Source of the DNA: Octopus sinensis
Taxonomy: Eukaryota
DNA length: 64,000 bases
Assembly: GCF_006345805.1 (NCBI RefSeq)
Contig: NC_043022.1
Location: 6,634,001-6,698,000, forward strand
Direction of reading: 5' to 3'
Shown: in pieces, positions 48,047-61,018 of the stretch
How positions within the stretch are numbered: position 1 is the stretch's first letter
How the letters are laid out: each line of letters opens with the position of its first letter
Made by a program: the position numbers and the translations under genes
Notes under the pieces: generated by a model
What the model saw: only the letters and a program-made list of their open reading frames with translations
The model's database searches: none
What the model was told of the DNA's origin: nothing

Positions 48047-49086
48047 CCTCTTTTATTTGTTTCAGTCATTTTGACTGCGGCCATGCTGGAGCACCGCCTT
48101 TAATCGAGCAACTCGACCCCGGGACTTATTCTTTGTAAGCCCAGTACTTATTCTATCGCTCTTTTTGCCGAACCGCTAAGTGACGGGGACATAAACACAC
48201 CAGCATCGGTTGTCAAGCAATGCTAGGGGACAAACACAGACACACAAACATATATACGACGGGCTTCTTTCAGTTTCCGTCTACCAAATCCACTCACAAG
48301 GCTTTGGTCGGCCCGAGGCTATAGTAGAAGACACTTGCCCAAGGTGCCACGCAGTGGGACTGAACCCGGAACCATGTAGTTGGTAAACAAGCTACTTACC
48401 ACACAGCCACACCTGCGCCGTTTTTTTTTTTTTTTTTTTTGTGACCAGAATTTCAGCTCTAAATTGTTTGTGCATCCAGCCCTGTTTGGTCACAAATTAA
48501 CCCAAAGGTGTCCATAGTGAGTTGTTTTCACACTTCCCACTCTGTGTGTGCATATAAAGGAATTTATTTCTGTGTAGAATAAATGTTTATAACAACATTG
48601 GTTCGATTCTCCTGGTGCAAACCAGTGTTTTGTACCCAAAATTGAAATTTGAAAGAATATGGTGTGTGTTTATCTCTCTTCACATTGATACTGCTGAGCC
48701 AGCCGCGATACTCTTTTACGTGTTTCAGTCATTTGACTGTGGCCATGCTGGAGCACCGCCTTTAGTCGAGCAAATCGACCCCGGGACTTATTCTTTGTAA
48801 GCCCAGTACTTATTCTATCGGTCTCCTTTGCTGAACCGCTAAGTGACAGGGACGTAAACACACCAGCATCGGTTGTCATGCAATGCTAGGGGGACAAACA
48901 CATACATATATATACATATATACGACAGGCTTCTTTCAGTTTCCGTCTACCAAATCCACTCACAAGGCATTGATCGGCCCGGGGCTATAGCAGAAGACAC
49001 TTGCCCAAGATCCCACGCAGTGGGACTGAACCCGGAACCATGTGGTTGGTTAGCAAGCTACTTACCACACAGCCACTCCTATGCCT
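48047..49086 (-). mobile_element. two SINE family A copies (48047-48418, 48710-49086)
   Basis: same consensus. Confidence 0.85.
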
Positions 49087-52000
49087 ATGGTGATGATTGT
49101 TACATATCAGTTCATCCTTTAGCTTGGTGCTTTCAATATTCAAACACTGGGAGGTAAAGTAGTTGAAAGGGTTCCCTAACAGCAGAAATGGAATACTGCT
49201 TCGAGAACATTAGTCCGATTCTGATCAACCTGAAAAGTGATTTGGTTATATGGTGGTGGATGTAGCTGTGGGGTAAATGAGTTCCAGGTTTCACATCCTG
49301 TTTTCCATTCGGGTGTCCCCAATCAATGCAACAGGTGAGCCAAAATCTCAAACGAAATTGGGTAGATTGAAACCTGTTGTATCTTGGTCAGAAAAATTAG
49401 AATCATTAACTCATTCTCTGTTGGTTATGACAAGTGTTCCAAGAATTTCATGATCAGATCAAACCTGCAACTGGCTGAGTATCCCATAGGCATACCCTTA
49501 ATGTAATTCTCAGGGAGATTCAGAATGTGACAAGGTTGGCCCCTTTTCAATTATTGGTACAACACAGTTTTGCCAGCTGAGTGGACTGGAGCAATGTGGA
49601 GTAAAGTGTCTTGCTTTTTTTTTTTTAAGACTCCGCCGGTTATGACGACGAGGGTCCCAGCTGATACGATCAACGGAACAGCTTGCTCGTGAAATTAACG
49701 TGCAAATGGCTGAGCATTCCACAGACACGTGTACCCTTAACGTAGTTCTCGGGGATAATCAGCGTGACACAGAGAGTGACAAGGCTGACCCTTTGAAATA
49801 CAAGTACAACTCATTTTTGCCAGCTGAGTGGACTGGAGCAACGTGAAATTAAGTGTCTTGCTCAAGGACACAACGCGTTGCCGGGAATCGAACTCAACCT
49901 TACGATCATGAGCCGAATGCCCTAACCACTAAACCACGCGCCCTCACTGAAGTGTCTTGCTTAAGGACACAACACAGCCAGGTATCAAATTCCCAGTTAT
50001 AAACTGCAATACACTAATCCGTGTACCTTCACACTTGAATTTGCGAATGAGCTTCAAATAGCTTGTATTTTGTTCTTCTCGTGGTTACCTCCCTTCTCAC
50101 GTATTTCCAAATTACTTTTCGTCTCGAAATCAAAGCAGTCACAAGTGAAATTACTGAAATTAGAATAACTGCTAACGCAGATTGAAGAGCTAAAATACTT
50201 TCTTGGCTGAAGATAATCCAGCATATCTAAAAACTGGTCTATGATGAAAGATCAGTGGTTATCTTTATAAAGTTAAACAGATTTTTAACTACAAAATTTT
50301 CTGAGATGCAGCCCAAAATTTCTCCTTTTTTAAATTTTATTGCAAAACGTTTCATATAAATTAAACCTGTGCAATTGCTATGGTGGCTTTTGACAACTTT
50401 GGGTCTGCTAGAAATAGCAGTAAAAATTTTCCAAGTCATCCTCTGCTTTGAAGTAAAGTCTTTTGTTGACATGAGACCAAGTATCCACAAACCTGCTTGC
50501 TTCATCTGTGCATCATGATAGCACCCTCTGGCAGGAAGCCATCTGCCTATGATGTGAGAGATGGAATAGAGTTCAATAAGTTGACATGTTGGACAGGAAA
50601 TTAAATCTGCTTTAAACATGGTCCAAATATTTTTGATAAATTTCTCGAATAAGAACTGACAAATGTGGTGGACTCTTGTACATCTAGCCTAACCTTCTAA
50701 TATTCAGGTTATTCTGTCAAATCTAATGCTTATTTATTCACATTGTGCTGGTGACACGTAAAAGCACCATCCGTTCGTGGCCGTTTGCCAGCTCTGTCTG
50801 GCTCCTGTGCGGGTGGCACGTAAAAAGCACCCATTACACTCACGGAGTGGTTGGCATTAGGAAGGGCATCCAGCCGTAGAAACACTGCCAGATCTGACTG
50901 GGCCTAATGAAGCCTTCCAGCTTCACAGACCCCAGTTGAACCGTCCAACCCATGCTAGCTTGGAGAACGGACGCTAAATGATGATGATGATGTCTTGAAT
51001 TGATCATACATTATCTCATAGCTTTAAGATTTCAATGATGTGATTGTTTATTTTTACTATGACATTGTAGAGTAGGTATGAAATGTTGGATCTGGCCAAT
51101 TTGAACACAAAAGAGACAGAATATTTTGGTCGGATATAGCCAGATTGGGTGGCCATCAAAGAGCAACATGGAAGGTGGATGTCTCTGTCAGTTTTCAGGT
51201 GTTAAAACACATTTAATGCTAAAGATTGGAATTATTTCTTTAGAGAGAAGGATTGAGGGATTTAGTGAGTGTTGGATTATCTCTGGTGTACACTGGGGTA
51301 ATGGTAGGGATATTGTCAGCTAGTAACTGGGGTACTTTTACACTTGGCATATGTGTGTGGTAAAGAGCAAGGAGATGGTTCTGAAGGAGAGTTGGATGCA
51401 AAACCAGCAGAGAATCATCATCATCGTTTAACGTCCGCTTTCCATGCTAGCATGGGTTGGACGGTTCAACTGGGGTCTGGCAAGCCAGAAGGCTGCACCA
51501 GGCCAGTCAGATCTGGCAGTGTTTCTACAGCTGGATGCCCTTCCTAACGCCAACCACTCCGAGAGTGTAGTGGGTGATTTTATGTGCCACCGACACAGGT
51601 GCCAGACGAGGCTGGCAGACGGCCACGCTCGGATGGTGTTTTTTTTATGTGCCACCGACACAGGTGGCAGACGTGAGAATGTGGAGGATATGTTTCTGAG
51701 AATAGTCCTCACAAAACCATTTATATTTGAAGGGTTTTATAAAATTGGAGGATCCTTTTGGCCAAGGACCAGCTGCAGTTTTGGAGTGAGGGAACTTGAT
51801 GGTTGTGTGATGTATAGAAACATACTTTACTTTTTAAACTTATCTCCACAGATTTTCTATAGAAATTAAAAGCATCACTGATATGTTATGATGTTTTGTA
51901 TATGAATATATCTGAAAACAATGCAATTGAAGATAGAAGAAATAGATAACAGGTGTATATGCACATTTCAGAAGTTATTGCTCTTTCATCAGTGCCACAT

Positions 52001-53255
52001 CCAATCCATTAATCATCCACAAACAAATTGCTTAGTCACAAAGTTTAGTAGTGTAATGCAATTGGATAGACTAATTTTACATAAATAAAATACTTTTCTA
52101 GCAATTAGTATGTATATTATTAATTGCTGGTTGGGACACTGTATTTCATTATGCAACTATATTACCAAGTATATATATATATATATTTTTTTTTTTTTGC
52201 TAATATCTGGGTGAGCTGGCAGAGTCTTTACCATTCCAGGCCAAATACTTTGCAGCATTCCATCCAAATTTATGTTCTGAGTTCAAATTCTGCCATAGTC
52301 AGCTTTAAGGCAGTGGGCTGGCAGAATCGTTAGCATACCTGGCAAAACACTTAACAGCATTCCATCCATCTTTATGTTCTGAGTTCAATAAATTAAGTAG
52401 CAGTTGAGAACTGGGGTCAATGTAATTGACTTACCCCCTGCCCTGAAATTGCTGGCCTTGTGCCAAAATTTGAAACCATTATTATTATTATTAAAGACAG
52501 CGAGCTGGCAGAATTGCTAGAACACTGGACGAAATGCTTAGCAGTATTTTGCCCATTGCTACGTTTTGAGTTCAAATTCTGCTGAGGTTGACTTTGCCTT
52601 TCATACCTTTCAGGGTTGATAAAATAAGTACCAGTTTGAAGACAGGGGTTGATGTAATTGATTCATCCCCATCTCGCAGAAGCTGCCCCTCTGACAAAAA
52701 TTATTATTATTATTATTATTATTATTAAGGCAGTGAGTTGGCAGAATCTTTACCACACTGGACACCCGTGGACATATTTACAAAGTAAGAAAACAGCACA
52801 GCTCCCATGACTTCAGGAAACATTTTTTCACACTGAGAGTTGCTGAAGCGTGGAACAAACTGCCGGCATCGGTTGTGAGTTGTCGGAGCACTGCATCCTT
52901 CAAGACTTCCATGCTTCCTGAGATTCGCCAACACTACACTTGATTTTCTCCCCTCCATACACACACAAGCATGTTCACTTTCCAGACATTTCTACATTGC
53001 TGCATGTACTTTATATGCCCTTTCTGACAAGTTGTGGTGCACCTGAGCACTGTATACAATAATTTCATTATTATTATTATAAAATATTTTGCAGCTTTTC
53101 TTCCAACTTTACATTCTGAGTTCAAATGCTGGTTTCTCAACAACAAGGTCGATATAATAAGAGTGAAGTTTGAAGGATAAGTGTAGCTTGGACAGCATGG
53201 AAAGTCTGTCAATTGGGGTCAAGAAGAGAGTGTGTGGTTTGTGTGTTTGTAAGAG

Positions 53256-53667
53256 GTGATACTTGAGAGTATCACCGCAGGAGTGGCTGTGTGGTAAGTA
53301 GCTTGCTAACCAACCGCATGGTTCCGGGTTCAGTCCCACTGCGTGGCATCTTGGGCAAGTGTCTTCTGCTATAGCCCCGGGCCGACCAATGCCTTGTGAG
53401 TGGATTTGGTTGACGGAAACTGAAAGAAGCCTGTCGTATATATGTATATATATGTGTATGTTTGTGTGTCTGTGTTTGTCCCCCAAGCATTGCTTGACAA
53501 CCGATACTGGTGTGTTTACGTCCCCGTCACTTAGCGGTTCGGCAAAAGAGACCGATAGAATAAGTACTGGGCTTACAAAGAATAAGTCCCAGGGTCAATT
53601 TGCTCGACTAAAGGCGGTGCTCCAGCATGGCCGCAGTCAAATGACTGAAACAAGTAAAAGAGTAAAA
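53256..53667 (+). mobile_element. SINE family A
   Basis: same consensus. Confidence 0.85.
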
Positions 53668-53840
53668 AGAGAGAGAGTCTGGAGTAGATTGTAATTTTTA
53701 GATATTAGGGGAGAAGAAAGAGAATTATCCAGTGGTTTTGATTTTTAGTATCTGGTGACATGTAGAACAAATGGCTGGTTACTTGTCAAGACTGAACTGT
53801 TACCTGGTTTTGACTTCTTGTGGGTGTAATTTCACTTTAA

Positions 53841-54061
53841 CCCTTTAGTGTTCGCATTATTCTGCCAAAACTAATCCTTTTTGATCCACATTGCCTTGAA
53901 CTAATCAGGCATTATCTTGTAGCTATGAGATTTTGATGAGGTAACTGTTAATTTTTAAAACGACATTGTAGGGTTGGTGTGAGAGACCAGATGTAGCCAG
54001 TTTGAACATAAAACAGGCAGAATACTTTTGGCCGGATATGGCCGGTTTAAAAGCTAAAGGG
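53841..54061 (+). mobile_element. piggyBac-like MITE
   Basis: TTAA TSD, CCC/GGG termini. Confidence 0.8.
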
Positions 54062-54381
54062 TTAATTTTCAAAACTAAGTCTTTGATAGCATTCTATGGA
54101 TGTCATACAATCCTGTTTATGTTTGATTACATGAATTGCCAGCCAAAAGGTTCGCAACTTGTTTCTTACCAAAACATATGGACGTTATGTCTGGTTTCTC
54201 AACAACAATAATAATCCTTTCTCTCATAGGCACAAGGCCTGACTTTGGTGCGGATGGGGTAACTTTATTGCATCATTCTCAGTGCCAAACTAGTATTTAT
54301 TTCATTGACCCTGAAAAGATGAAAGTCAAAGTTGGCCTCAGTGGCATTTGAACACAGAACCTAAAGCTATGGCTAGTTTAA

Positions 54382-54601
54382 CCCTTTGGTGTTCAGATTA
54401 TTCTGTCAAATGTGATGTTTGTTTATTTATATTGTTTTGAATTAATCCTGCATTATCTTGTAGTTTAGAGATTTCAGTGATGTGGTCTTTTAGTTTTAGA
54501 ATGACATTGTAGGGCTGAGGAGAGAGGCAAGATCTGGTCAGTTTCAATATAAAACAGGTTAAATATTTTGGCCGAATATGGCCGGTTTGAATGCTAAAGG
54601 G
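54382..54601 (+). mobile_element. piggyBac-like MITE (partial copies also at 1-133, ~6690-6920, ~17440-17562, ~50690-51150, ~57250-57420)
   Basis: TTAA TSD, CCC/GGG termini, same family sequence. Confidence 0.75.
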
Positions 54602-55722
54602 TTAAATGCTAAACGGTTACAGGATACCACATCAGAGGATTAACTGAAGCTCTGTAGCTAAGTGGTTAGGATGTTTGGTTTACAATCACAAGCATATTGT
54701 ACAGTGTGCTAGCAATTCTGCCCGCTTGATGCCTTAATAATAATAATAAATGATAAATAAATAGAATCCCCAGTAGTGGGGCAGTCCTCTTAGGGTAATC
54801 CAGGGTAAACCCCACACAAAAATCCTGCCATTTCCATGGCATGAGTGCCCTTTTCCAGTTTTGTCCTGCTTAGAAAAGCATCTTCAGAGTAGATCCATTC
54901 AGTGTTGCCAGTCTTGCTACTGTTGACCCCCTTTTGACTAATCCATGTCTTATCATCCCTACAAGAAATGCAAGAGATGTTTTGTTTTTTTTTTTCAACT
55001 GGCACATCACACGCATTGAGAAGAGCTTTGTTGCTGTGAGAACGATTACCACACATCTTAAGTAATCTTTCTTTTTTTTTTTGTGTGTAACTTCATTTGA
55101 TTTTGGAAATGAACAATCTGGTGCGTTTATTTTAATGGTCTGTCAGTGCATACAGGGAGTTTCTTTGCCCTAGGTGTTGGGAAGACACTCAACAAAGAAT
55201 GGAAACAAAAGTGAAAGAAGAAAAACTAATAATGATCATTTTTTCTACTCTAATAATCCTTTCTACTATAGGGAGAAGGCCTGAAATTTGGGGGAGGGCA
55301 ACAGTCAATTGCATCGACCCCAGTGCATAACTGGTACTTAGTTTATCAACCCCGAAAGGATGAAAGGCAAAGTCGACCTCGGCTGAATTTGAACTCAGAA
55401 CATACTAGCAAACAAAATGCCACTAAGCACTTCACCCAGTGTGCAAACGATTTTGCCAGCTTGCGACCTTCTTTCTACTCTAATAATGAAAATAATAAAC
55501 TTTTCTGACTTCTCATTACTATAATCAAGTAAAGTAATACAGTCTGCAGTTATGGAAATCGTGCCAAGAAATTGGTTATAAAAAAAAAAACACTCATTAG
55601 ATTGCTAGGTTTTCATTCTAAATATATCAGGTGAGAAATAAGCTGGCAGTTAATTGGGTGATTTTAATTTAGAGACAGTTGTAAATATTTAATAATCTCA
55701 GGTAGACAGACATTAAAAAGTA

Positions 55723-56135
55723 CTCTTTACTCTTTTTACTCTTTTACTTGTTTCAGTCATTTGACTGCGGCCATGCTGGAGCACCGCCTTTAATCAAGCA
55801 ACTTGACCCCAGGACTTATTTTTGTAAGCCCAGTACTTATTCTATCGGTCTATTTTGCCGAACCGCTAAGTGACGGGGACATAAACACACCAGCATCGGT
55901 TGTCAAGCAATGCTAGGGGGACAAACACAGACACGCAAATACACAAGCACACATATATATATACATATATACGATGGGCTTCTTTCAGTTTCCATCTACC
56001 AAATCCACTCACAAGGCTTTGGTCGGCCCGAGGCTATAGTAGAAGACACTTGCCCAAGGTGCCACGCAGTGGGACTGAACCCGGAACCATGTGGTTCGTA
56101 AGCAAGCTACTTACCACACAGCCACTCCTGCGCCT
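55723..56135 (-). mobile_element. SINE family A
   Basis: same consensus. Confidence 0.85.
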
Positions 56136-56213
56136 ATATGTAACAATGAACATGAAATCTATCTTTTAGATTTATGGAACTGCAGAATACCAATTTATTT
56201 TGGGAGAAATATT

Positions 56214-57732
56214 GTGTTAGCCTGAAGGAATAGTTTTAATAGTTTCAGGCAATGGAATGTGTCCATACTGGAGCAGGCTGTTGAAGGGTTTTTATCAATT
56301 TTTATTAAATCCAGCACTGTTTGTTTTATTGATATCAAATGACACTATCGTTTTACTTATGTCCCCCACCCCTGCTGGTTGTGGGTGGGGTCTGTTTCCA
56401 GTACAGTGTCTTAAAACCACTTTATCAACATTTCCTTTTGTGGGATTCCTCATTCTGGAATCTTCCCTCAACATATATCCCATGAGTTCCTGTTATAGTG
56501 ATAAAATGTCATATTAGGTGCCTTGTGGTATTTGTTCTGGCTCTTTGCATTCTGAGTTCAAATCCCACCATGGCTTACTTGAGTGGTAAACATAATTAGG
56601 GTCCTGGTTTAGCATCACCACCAGGTATCTTGGTTGGTTTTAGTGGAGTCCACTGAGTTGCAAGCATCAGGATCAAGTTTCCAGTTAGAGGATACCTTCC
56701 TCCCTTCCACCTGTCAAAGGCCCTGTAAAGGGCCACAAACGCTACCTTCTCTCCTAGCCAGAAGATAAAACAAACATAAGCAAGTTCTTGTTGATTGCAT
56801 CTGTTTCCATTGATGTCCATTTTAAACTCTCATTTGGAATTTGAATTAATATCACAGCCATCCTCCTGAAATCCCCATCAAATCTTGTTAATAACATCAG
56901 AAAGTCTTTTTGGAGTTAATCCTCTGAAACTGAGATTATGAGGATGAGTGCTCCAACTGATTTGATCAACGGGACAACCAGCTTGTGAAATGGACGTGCA
57001 AGTGGCTGAGTACACTACAGACACGTGTACCTTTAATCTAGTTCTCAGCGAGATTCAGTGTGACACAGAATGTGACAAAGCTGACTCTTTGAAATCCAGG
57101 TACAACCCATTTTTGCCAGCTGAGTGGACGGGAGCAATGTGAAATAAAGTGTCTTGCTCAAGGACACAACACGTCACTGGGAATTGAACTCATAACTTTA
57201 TGATCAGGAACGGAATACCCAAACCTCTAAGCCATACATCTTCAGTTAATTCTCTTTAGCATTTAAACTGGCTATATCCGGCCCAAATATTCTACCTGTG
57301 TTGTGTTCAAATTGGCCAGATCTGCCCTTTCACACCTATCCTACAATGTCATTTTAAAAAGAAAAAAATCACATCATCGAAAACTTGAAGCTGCAATTTA
57401 ATGAAGAATTACTTAAAAGCAATGTGAATAACGGCTCCAAATTTTGGTACAAGGCCAGCAATTTCAGGGTAAGTCAATTTAAATCCCCACCAAATCTTGT
57501 TAATAACATCAGAAAGTCTTTTTGGAGTTAATCCTCTGAAACTGATATTATGAGGATGAGTGCTCCAACTGATTTGATGGGGGACACAAGTAAAACGATA
57601 GTGTCATTTGATATCAATAAAACAAACAATGCTGGATTTAATAAAAATTGATAAAAACCCTTCAACAGCCTGCTCCAGTATGGACACATTCCATTGCCTG
57701 AAACTATTAAAACTATTCCTTCAGGCTAACAC
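56214..57732. repeat. recent duplication-inversion: 155-bp inverted copy fused to a 98-bp direct copy
   Basis: 56214-56368 vs revcomp 57578-57732 (2 mismatches); 56869-56966 vs 57481-57578 (2 mismatches). Confidence 0.9.
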
Positions 57733-58489
57733 CATACTTGCCTGGTACTGAATTTATCGACTCCAAACGGATGAAAGGCAAAGTTGACCTCGCAGAATTT
57801 GACCTCAGAACGTAAAGACAGGCGAAAGGCTGCTGAGCATTTTTCCAGGTGTGCTACTGATTCTGTCACCTTGCCTCGCTAGCAATGTAAATAAGAGGAA
57901 AAACATTGGACAGAAGGGTTAACTGTATTTCTCATTAATACATTGGCTTATTAAAAGACATTCCATGCATGACATCATCATCAACATAATTGTTGTTTAA
58001 CATCTGCTTTCCATGCTGGCATGGGTTGGGTGGTTTGACTGAGGGCTGGCAAGCCAGATGGCTGCACGATGCCCTTCCTAATGCCAACCACCCCGGGAAT
58101 GTAGTGGTTGCTTTTTACGTGCCGGTGGCACGAGGGCCAGTCAGGTGGCACTGGCAACAATCACGCTCGAATGGTGCTTTTTTACATGCCACTGGCACAG
58201 GACCAATCAGATGGCACTGGCATTGACCACACTCAAATGGTGCTTTTTACGTGACACCAGCACGGGTCGGCTACGTTCTGAGTTCAAATTCCGCTGAGGT
58301 CGACTTTGCCTTTCATCCTTTCGGGGTCGATAAATTAAGTACCAGTTACGCACTGGAGTCGATGTAATCGACTTAATACCTATGTTTGTCCCCTCTGTGT
58401 TTAGCCCCATGTGGGTAATAAAGAAATAGGTACTGTCATCGGCCATGACAATGACTTCATTTGACTCAACAGGTCTTTGCAACTATTGA

Positions 58490-59015
58490 AGGGTACTCTT
58501 AAAAACTATCTTCCCCAGTTAGCCTTCCTTTGATATTGCTGCACTCTTGTGTCTATAGCCTACTCTGGGTACATCCTATGGAGTTTCTACCTATGCCTTT
58601 TCTACAGATCAAGCAGGGCCATCAACCTGAAGGGATTTGTGATTTGTCTGCCTTCCTACTTTGCTTTTTGCTAGGTTGACTCTAAGGTCCTTCGATTCTA
58701 GACCTTGATTCCACACCCGAAACTTCTTCTCTTGTTCTGATAGTAACTCAGCTATTAGAGCAAAGTCCTCAGCATAGAGGAGCTCCCAGGGGCATCCTGT
58801 CTTGAATTCTTCAGTTATTGCCAGGAGGACTGTGATGAATAAGAGGGGACTGAGGACTGATTCTTGATAGACCCCTACCCAGAATTCTTTATTATAATCA
58901 TTGCTAGGCCTAACCTTACTGATAGCATCTCTGACATGGCTTGTACAGTGAGACCACAGCCCATGGCCTATGCCAGTGGGTGTAACCAGCACATTTATGA
59001 ATATAACCCTCATTC
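58490..59015 (-). mobile_element. degenerate RTE RT fragment with Cys/His cluster
   Basis: VGVYQESVLSPLLF...ELLYAEDF, followed after a frameshift by WPCLICRKGIGRNSIGC. Confidence 0.75.
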
Positions 59016-59714
59016 ATTGGACAATGAATTTTGCTTGTGAAGACCTATTGAGGCAAGTGAAATCAAAACCTAAATCGCTGACATGGCCGATGACAGTACC
59101 GCCTGAATTGGCACTTGTGCCAGTGGGACGTTAAAAGCACATCTGAGCGTGATCATTGTCAGGGCCACAGATTGGCTCCCATGCCGGTGACACCTGAAAA
59201 GTACCATTCGAGCATGATCATTGCCTGCATTGCTTTACTGGCACATGTGCTAGTGGCACATAAAAACATCTTTTGAGCATGGTCGTTGTCAGATCCACCT
59301 GACTGACCCTCGTGCTGGTGGCAGATGAAAGCACCCACTACACTCTCAGAGTGGTTTGCATTAGGAAGGGCATCCAGCCGTAGAAACTTTGCCAGATCAG
59401 ATTGAACTTGGTGCAGCTTTTGATTCACCAGTCCTCAGTCAAACAACAGTCCAACCCATACCAGCATGGAAAGTGGCCGTTAAACGACAATGATGAGGAT
59501 AATTATATATATATATATATAATATATATATATATGTGTGTATGTATATTTGTATATGTATATGTATATGTGTATATATATGTATTTGTATATATGTATT
59601 TGTATATATATGTATTTGTATATGTATGTGTATATATATGTGTATATATATTTGTATGTGGCAGATGCTCAGGACAATAAAACACTGAAAATGCTCTGAG
59701 ACCAACTTCCGTCA

Positions 59715-60908
59715 CTTTCCAGGGAGAAAAACTAGAAATAGTTGATAGTTTCCGTTACCTAGGTGACCAAGTCAGCAGCGGGGGCGGGTGTGCTGAAAGT
59801 GTAACTGCTAGAGTAAGAATAGCTTGGGCAAAGTTCAGAGAGCTCTTACCTCTGCTGGTGACAAAAGGCCTCTCGCACAGAGTGAAAGGCAGACTGTATG
59901 ATGCGTGTGTACGAACAGCCATGCTACATGGCAGTGAAACATGGGCCGTGACTGCTGAGGATATGCGTAAGCTCGCTAGAAATGAAGCCAGTATGCTCCG
60001 ATGGATGTGTAATGCCGGTACTCACACTCGGCAGAGTGTAAGTACCTTGAGAGAAAAGCTGGACCTAAGAAGCATCAGTTGTGGTGTGCAAGAGAGACGT
60101 TTGCGCTGGTATGGTCATGTGGCGAGAATGGATGAAGATAGTTGTGTGAAAAAGTGCCACACCCTAGCGGTTGAGGGAACCTGTGGAAGAGGTAGACCCA
60201 GGAAAACCTGGGACGAGGTGGTGAAGCACGACCTTCGAACTTTAGGTCTCACTGAGGAAATGACTAGAGACCGAGACCTCTGGAAGTGTGCTGTGCGCGA
60301 GAAGACCCGGCAGGACAAGTGAGTCCATAACCCGTGGCCTTCTACATGGGATGGAGCCAGCCTACGTATGCATACCTTCCCTTCTTGGGACACAAAACTC
60401 TACTTGTGAAGACGTGTTGAGGCAAGTGAGGATCAGAATCGAAATCGATCAATGGAAATTGCGGATGTGCTACCAGTGCGGTGGCATGTCGAAACTCTGC
60501 TTGTGAAGACCGTTGGGGCAAGTGAGGATCAGAATCGAAATCGATCAATGGAAATTGCAGATGTGTTACCAGTGCCGGTGGCATGTAAGAGAACTTTCCG
60601 TTTCGCGACCGTTGCCAGCACCGCCCCGTTCGTGTCCGTTGCCAGCCTCGCCTGGCCCTCGTGCCGGTGGCACATAAAAAGCACCATCCGTTCGTGGCCG
60701 TTTGCCAGCTCTGTCTGGCACCTGTGCGGGTGCCACGTAAAAAGCACCCACTACACTCACGGAGTGGTTGCGTTAGGAAGGGCATCCAGCCGTAGTAGAA
60801 ACACTGCCAGATTTGACTGGGCCTGATGAACCTTCTGGCTTCACAGACCCCAGTAGAACCGTCCAACCCATGCTAGCATGGAAAACGGACGCTAAACGAT
60901 GATGATGA
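59715..60908 (+). mobile_element. RTE-type LINE 3' end (RT C-terminus ORF 59858-60322, modular 3' UTR, (GAT)n tail)
   Basis: LYDACVRTAMLHGSETW...RRLRWYGHVARM...GRGRPRKTW motifs. Confidence 0.9.
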
Positions 60909-61018
60909 TATATATATATATACATATACATGATAAGCTTCTTTCAGTTTCTTATTTCTTTACTGTGCACAAGGGGCCACACACAGAGGGGACAAACAAG
61001 GACAGACAAACGGATTAA

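Larger units (their letters stand above)
49090..56960 (-). pseudogene. decayed multi-exon gene of unidentified family
   Basis: Exon remnants ~56960-56580, 56489-~56367, 54958-54771, 50546-50493, 49373-~49090 with AG acceptors; the last three join in phase (EDCPTT-G-RWLPARGCYHDAQMKQA-G-FNLPNFV*DFGSPVALIGDTRMENRM*NLELIYP); several in-frame stops and one GG-for-GT donor. Confidence 0.6.

Noticed and set aside
49090-56960. Stops rescued by A-to-I editing or selenocysteine readthrough
   Set aside because: Too many stops of mixed type, plus a broken donor and phase gaps; CpG and C>T decay is simpler
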